From: an uncultured Flavobacteriales bacterium
GTDB lineage: Bacteria > Bacteroidota > Bacteroidia > Flavobacteriales_C > GCA-002722245
Length of the DNA: 64,000 nucleotides
Assembly (NCBI GenBank): GCA_963933885.1
Contig: CAWVWF010000001.1
Location: forward strand, 3,638 to 67,637
Reading direction: 5' to 3'
In this document: positions 60,715 to 64,000 of the stretch, in pieces
How the letters are laid out: each line of letters opens with the position of its first letter
How positions within the stretch are numbered: the stretch's first letter is position 1
Translations under genes and position numbers: made by a program
Notes under the pieces: model-generated
Databases searched by the model: none
What the model was told of the DNA's origin: nothing
What the model saw: the letters and a program-made list of their open reading frames with translations, nothing else

Positions 60715-61407
60715 ATGAGCATTTTAAGTAGATTATTTAAAATAGGACAGGCAGAGGCACATTCAATTGCTGACAAATTAGAAGACCCCATTAAATTAAC
60801 AGAACAAGGAATTCGTGATTTGAAGGCAGATCTTGATCAAAGTTTAAAGGCATTAGCAGAAGTTAAAGCGATGCTAATCAGATCAAAAAGTGATTTCAAA
60901 AAATCCGAAGAAGCATCAACTAGCTATGAGCAAAAAGCAATGGCAATTCTAAAAAAGGTTCAAACTGGAGAAATCTCTTCTGAAGAGGCTGATAGATTAG
61001 CTGGAGAGGCATTAAGGAAAAAAGACGAAAACGATGCTTCTGCTAAAAGAACAAAAGCGGAACTTCATACATTTGAGACTTCAAGTACTAAATTAGATTT
61101 GAATGTTAAAAAAATAAGATCTAATATTAGTCAGTGGGAAAACGAATTGAAAACGTTAAAGGCGAGAATTAAAGTAAGTGAAACGACTTTAAAACTAAAC
61201 AAACAATTATCTGAAACAGATTCTTCTGGAACGATTTCTATGTTGGAAAAGATGAAAGAAAAGGTTGATCAAGATGAAGCTTTATCAGAAGCTTACGAAG
61301 ACATCTCGAACGAAAACCAATCGTTAGATGACGAAATTAATGAAGTACTCAAGGAAGATACTTCAAGTACTTCTCTTGATGAACTCAAGAAAAAAATGGG
61401 AATTTAA
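60715..61407 (+). CDS. PspA/IM30 (phage-shock protein A / Vipp1) family protein
   Basis: MSILSRLFKIGQAEAHSIADKLEDPIKLTEQGIRDLKADL… is the canonical PspA N-terminus. All-helical and heptad-rich. 230 aa. Confidence 0.8.
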   Translation: MSILSRLFKIGQAEAHSIADKLEDPIKLTEQGIRDLKADLDQSLKALAEVKAMLIRSKSDFKKSEEASTSYEQKAMAILKKVQTGEISSEEADRLAGEALRKKDENDASAKRTKAELHTFETSSTKLDLNVKKIRSNISQWENELKTLKARIKVSETTLKLNKQLSETDSSGTISMLEKMKEKVDQDEALSEAYEDISNENQSLDDEINEVLKEDTSSTSLDELKKKMGI

Positions 61408-61422
61408 GATAAAAGATACATT

Positions 61423-61965
61423 ATGGGAATTTTTGATTTTTTTAAAAAGAAAGAAGAAGAGATTAAGGAATTAAACATCACCAATCTAGATATTGGTGGA
61501 ATCCTCGATTACGATTTACAATCTTGGATTATAGAAGATAAAACAGAATACGACTGGGGTAACAACCAGTTTACGTTTGAATATACTATCAATGCTGGTG
61601 ACGAATCGATATACTTACACGTAACAGAAGGCGCTAATATTAAAATTGATATTAGTTCAGAAATAAAGGTCTCTCAATTAGGTTGGGATTTTAAAGACAC
61701 GATCGTTAAAAATGATGCCCCTTTAAAGAAAATCGCCTTCGAAAATGAGCATTACACTTTGTCTGATGAGTTCATGGGCCACTGTAAAAGCATCAAAGAG
61801 GACGATGATGAATGGAGTGAATTTGTAAATTGGGTTTTCGTTAACGAAGATGAATCTAAGTTTATTTCGGTAAGCAGATGGGGTGAAACAGATATTGATG
61901 CTGTGAAAGGTTTCTATATTAAAGAGTTTGAAGTATCAAATTTCTTATCTTCACCGAATAATTAA
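61423..61965 (+). CDS. soluble ~180 aa protein, DUF4178-like (PspA-associated family); assignment tentative
   Basis: It sits 15 bp after the pspA-like gene. Trp/Glu/Asp-rich with no TM segment. Size and context match the DUF4178 proteins that accompany PspA in Firmicutes, but this is from recollection, not a search. Confidence 0.5.
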   Translation: MGIFDFFKKKEEEIKELNITNLDIGGILDYDLQSWIIEDKTEYDWGNNQFTFEYTINAGDESIYLHVTEGANIKIDISSEIKVSQLGWDFKDTIVKNDAPLKKIAFENEHYTLSDEFMGHCKSIKEDDDEWSEFVNWVFVNEDESKFISVSRWGETDIDAVKGFYIKEFEVSNFLSSPNN

Positions 61966-61969
61966 TTTC

Positions 61970-62662
61970 ATGAAATATCTTTTATCAATTTTTTCAATCA
62001 TTTTTCTACTAGGATGTGGTGGTAATAGCTACCATTATGTTCCTAATCCTGTTGATCAAATGATCAAGACAATGAAAAAGGAGAAAGCATTTACGATCAT
62101 TCTAGATGATATGGATGTTAAAGATGATGAATTCTTTCACAAATATTCGGTTATTAAAGAAGATGCAGCAGGAGCAATAACAACTTCTGAAACTGGGATG
62201 ATTATCGTTGATTTTGAGTTTTTTAAAAAGAATGAAAACAACCTAGGAATGCAAATCGCTGCTAAAGACAGTACTGGAAAAGTAACTAAAGCTGCTATTC
62301 CTGCAGGATTCGATCGATATATTGGTAATTCAAGATATGGTCATTGGAATCAATCAGGAGGACAAAGTTTTTGGGTTTTTTATGGTCAATACTCAATGTT
62401 AAGATCTGTTTTTGGGCTAGGGTATCACCCAGCATACTATGGCATGCATAACAGCTACTACCGTGGAGGATACTATGGAAGTTCTCGTTCATATTATGGA
62501 ACAGGTGCAAATAGCTACGGAACAAAAAGCGCAGCTGTAAAGAAAGGGAAACCTAACTTTTTTAGTAGAAAAGCAAGAAATACAAATTGGAAAAGAAGTA
62601 CTTCAAGATCATCCTCTTCACGAAGAAGTGGAAGAGGTGGAGGATTTGGATTCGGAAAATAG
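61970..62662 (+). CDS. lipoprotein with a C-terminal Tyr/Gly/Ser/Arg-rich low-complexity tail
   Basis: MKYLLSIFSIIFLLGCGG has a lipobox. The tail reads …YYGMHNSYYRGGYYGSSRSYYGTGANSYG…RSSSSRRSGRGGGFGFGK. The start was trimmed from the TTG at 61928 to the ATG at 61970. Confidence 0.55.
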   Translation: MKYLLSIFSIIFLLGCGGNSYHYVPNPVDQMIKTMKKEKAFTIILDDMDVKDDEFFHKYSVIKEDAAGAITTSETGMIIVDFEFFKKNENNLGMQIAAKDSTGKVTKAAIPAGFDRYIGNSRYGHWNQSGGQSFWVFYGQYSMLRSVFGLGYHPAYYGMHNSYYRGGYYGSSRSYYGTGANSYGTKSAAVKKGKPNFFSRKARNTNWKRSTSRSSSSRRSGRGGGFGFGK

Positions 62663-62668
62663 AAAAAA

Positions 62669-63529
62669 ATGACAGAATTTATCTCAGAACATATCACAGA
62701 ATTAGGAATTTCTGCATTGTATTTCCTTGCATCACTTGTCCTATTTTTAATAGGTAAGATTGCATTTCAACAATTCAATAGAAAAATCAATGTAACCAAC
62801 GAGCTTTTAGAAAAAGACAATCTTGCTTTTTCCTTTTCATTAGTTGGGTATTATATTGGACTTACACTGGCAATTGGAAGTGCATTATTAGGAGAAGGGG
62901 AATCTCTTCAAGCTAATATGATATCAATTGGAATTTATGGATTAGGAGCTATCCTTCTTCTTAATATCTCCTCAATAATAAACGACAAGTTAATTTTCCG
63001 AAAGTTTAAAATGCAAAAGGAAATTACTGAAGATGAAAATGTTGGTTCTGGAGTTATTGAAGCAGCCAATTACGTTGCAACAGGTTTAATCATTTTTGGA
63101 GCAAGTAAAGGAGCTGTTAGTTTTGATATTATCATTCTTTATTGGGCCATTGCTCAAGTTGCTTTAATTCTATCCTCTGTACTTTACAACATTATCACAC
63201 CTTACGATATTCACGATGAAATCGAAAAAGACAATGTTGCTGTAGGAGTTGGTTTTGCAGGAACAATTATCGGTATGGCAATTATCTTATCGTATGCAGT
63301 ATCTAATCATTACGATTCAATCCCTGAAGCAAGTATTTCTATCGGAACACTGATAATAATTGGATTAATCACATTACCACTTACTCGTATTGTTACAGAT
63401 AAGGTATTACTTTCAGGATATAGTCTAACGGATGAATTAGTTAATCAGCAAAAACCAAATATAGGTTGTGGATTAATTGAAGCAACGGCATATATTGGAG
63501 CTTCTATTTTGTTGACATGGTGTTTTTAA
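62669..63529 (+). CDS. integral membrane protein made of four tandem DUF350-like units
   Basis: Four ~65 aa repeats each carry E/D-x-D-N-x-A/G-x-G-x-x-x-A/G-x-x-I (ELLEKDNLAFSFSLVGYYIG, EDENVGSGVIEAANYVATG, EIEKDNVAVGVGFAGTIIG, DELVNQQKPNIGCGLIEATAYIG). Each is followed by hydrophobic helices. Confidence 0.6.
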   Translation: MTEFISEHITELGISALYFLASLVLFLIGKIAFQQFNRKINVTNELLEKDNLAFSFSLVGYYIGLTLAIGSALLGEGESLQANMISIGIYGLGAILLLNISSIINDKLIFRKFKMQKEITEDENVGSGVIEAANYVATGLIIFGASKGAVSFDIIILYWAIAQVALILSSVLYNIITPYDIHDEIEKDNVAVGVGFAGTIIGMAIILSYAVSNHYDSIPEASISIGTLIIIGLITLPLTRIVTDKVLLSGYSLTDELVNQQKPNIGCGLIEATAYIGASILLTWCF

Positions 63530-63539
63530 TACATTAAAA

Positions 63540-63911
63540 ATGGCACTAGGATTACATATAATTGCAGAGTTTAACGACTGCTCTAATAAGATTATCGACG
63601 ATATACAGGTCACTGAATCATATTTAAATGAAGCTGCAATTATTGCGGGAGCAACAATTGTAAAATCAGTATTTCACAAATTCGCTCCACAAGGAATCTC
63701 GGGTGTTGTAGTTATTGAAGAAAGTCATTTCGCGATTCATACATGGCCTGAGAACAATTACGCTGCAGTTGATTTATTCACTTGTTCTGATAAGATGGAT
63801 TACAATAAGGCACTTGAATTTTTAAAAGAAAAATTTGAATGTAAAAATCTTGAATTTCAAGTTATCGAAAGAGGTGTGAAAGCAGTAAAAGTCGAAAGTG
63901 AATGTCGATAA
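63540..63911 (+). CDS. speH: S-adenosylmethionine decarboxylase proenzyme (class I, SpeH/SpeD-type)
   Basis: The processing/active-site region VVVIEESHFAIHTWPE (ES cleavage site giving pyruvoyl; HTWPE) is diagnostic. 123 aa. Confidence 0.8.
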   Translation: MALGLHIIAEFNDCSNKIIDDIQVTESYLNEAAIIAGATIVKSVFHKFAPQGISGVVVIEESHFAIHTWPENNYAAVDLFTCSDKMDYNKALEFLKEKFECKNLEFQVIERGVKAVKVESECR

Positions 63912-64000
63912 GAGAAGATCGTATCGAAATGCGGAGGATTATCCAGCAACGAAGGAGAGAACAAACACTGCATTGGATTCAGGAAACTAAGGATATGCGA

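Noticed and set aside
63895-63912. Apparent frame inconsistency (an extra g) at the speH stop when counting printed positions by hand.
   Set aside because: It is a 1 nt drift in my manual position counting over the last lines. The ORF track (computed on the real sequence) gives a clean stop at 63909-63911. It is not a frameshift.
1-64000. CRISPR arrays, tRNA/rRNA genes, and transposase, integrase or phage genes.
   Set aside because: I scanned all intergenic gaps longer than 100 bp. There are no regularly spaced direct repeats, no GC-rich cloverleaf-like segments, and no ORFs with DDE, tyrosine-recombinase or serine-recombinase signatures.

Overview
This is a 64 kb AT-rich window that looks like a Bacteroidota chromosome, probably class Flavobacteriia. 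The evidence for that placement is the many proteins with type-A and type-B Por/T9SS C-terminal sorting domains and the conserved uppS-bamA-ompH-ompH-murI locus. I used the provided ORF track for coordinates. The track allows TTG starts, so I moved several starts to the first ATG in front of an obvious signal peptide or a conserved N-terminus.

Housekeeping genes recognised from motifs:
- SulP/STAS anion transporter
- argH, on the + strand and separated from the rest of the arg genes
- a truncated arg cluster (GNAT-argG-argC-argD) followed by a YwbE-family gene
- murI, two ompH/skp genes, bamA, uppS, nadK, a CBS-pair protein, pdxJ
- an alpha/beta hydrolase, a GT2 polyprenol-phosphate glycosyltransferase, an OmpR-type response regulator with its histidine kinase, and asd

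Accessory and secreted genes: nine predicted T9SS cargo proteins.
- a receptor-L/LRR-like repeat protein
- a reprolysin-like metalloprotease (HExxHxxGxxHD)
- an M43-like metalloprotease (HELGHGLNLHHT)
- a BNR/Asp-box beta-propeller protein
- an SGNH esterase
- an expansin-like protein (DPBB D1 + D2)
- two giant (~1900 aa) adhesins with about 16 tandem Cys-containing repeats and type-B (gliding-motility-associated) CTDs, arranged divergently around the esterase
- a lamin-tail-domain protein with a type-B CTD
- also a CBM9-like secreted protein, a CE4 deacetylase with two lipoprotein/secreted partners, and a HAMP-GAF signalling protein with no output domain

The best candidate for an undescribed system is at 60.7-63.9 kb. 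Five tightly packed co-directional genes encode PspA/IM30, a DUF4178-like protein, a lipoprotein with a Tyr/Gly/Ser/Arg tail, a membrane protein with four DUF350-like repeats, and the S-adenosylmethionine decarboxylase proenzyme SpeH. This looks like a polyamine-linked envelope-stress module.

Non-coding observations:
- a ~60 nt conserved intergenic element in two direct copies (814-875 and 8452-8511)
- a 28 bp perfect palindrome plus a terminator-like hairpin in a 490 bp gene-free gap (8158-8647)
- a 21 bp palindrome at 9335-9355
- several intrinsic terminators

I saw no CRISPR array, tRNA, rRNA, transposase or integrase.

Every family assignment comes from reading motifs by eye, not from a database search. 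My manual position counting appears to be 1 nt off near the 3' end of the window, so I trusted the ORF-track coordinates there.
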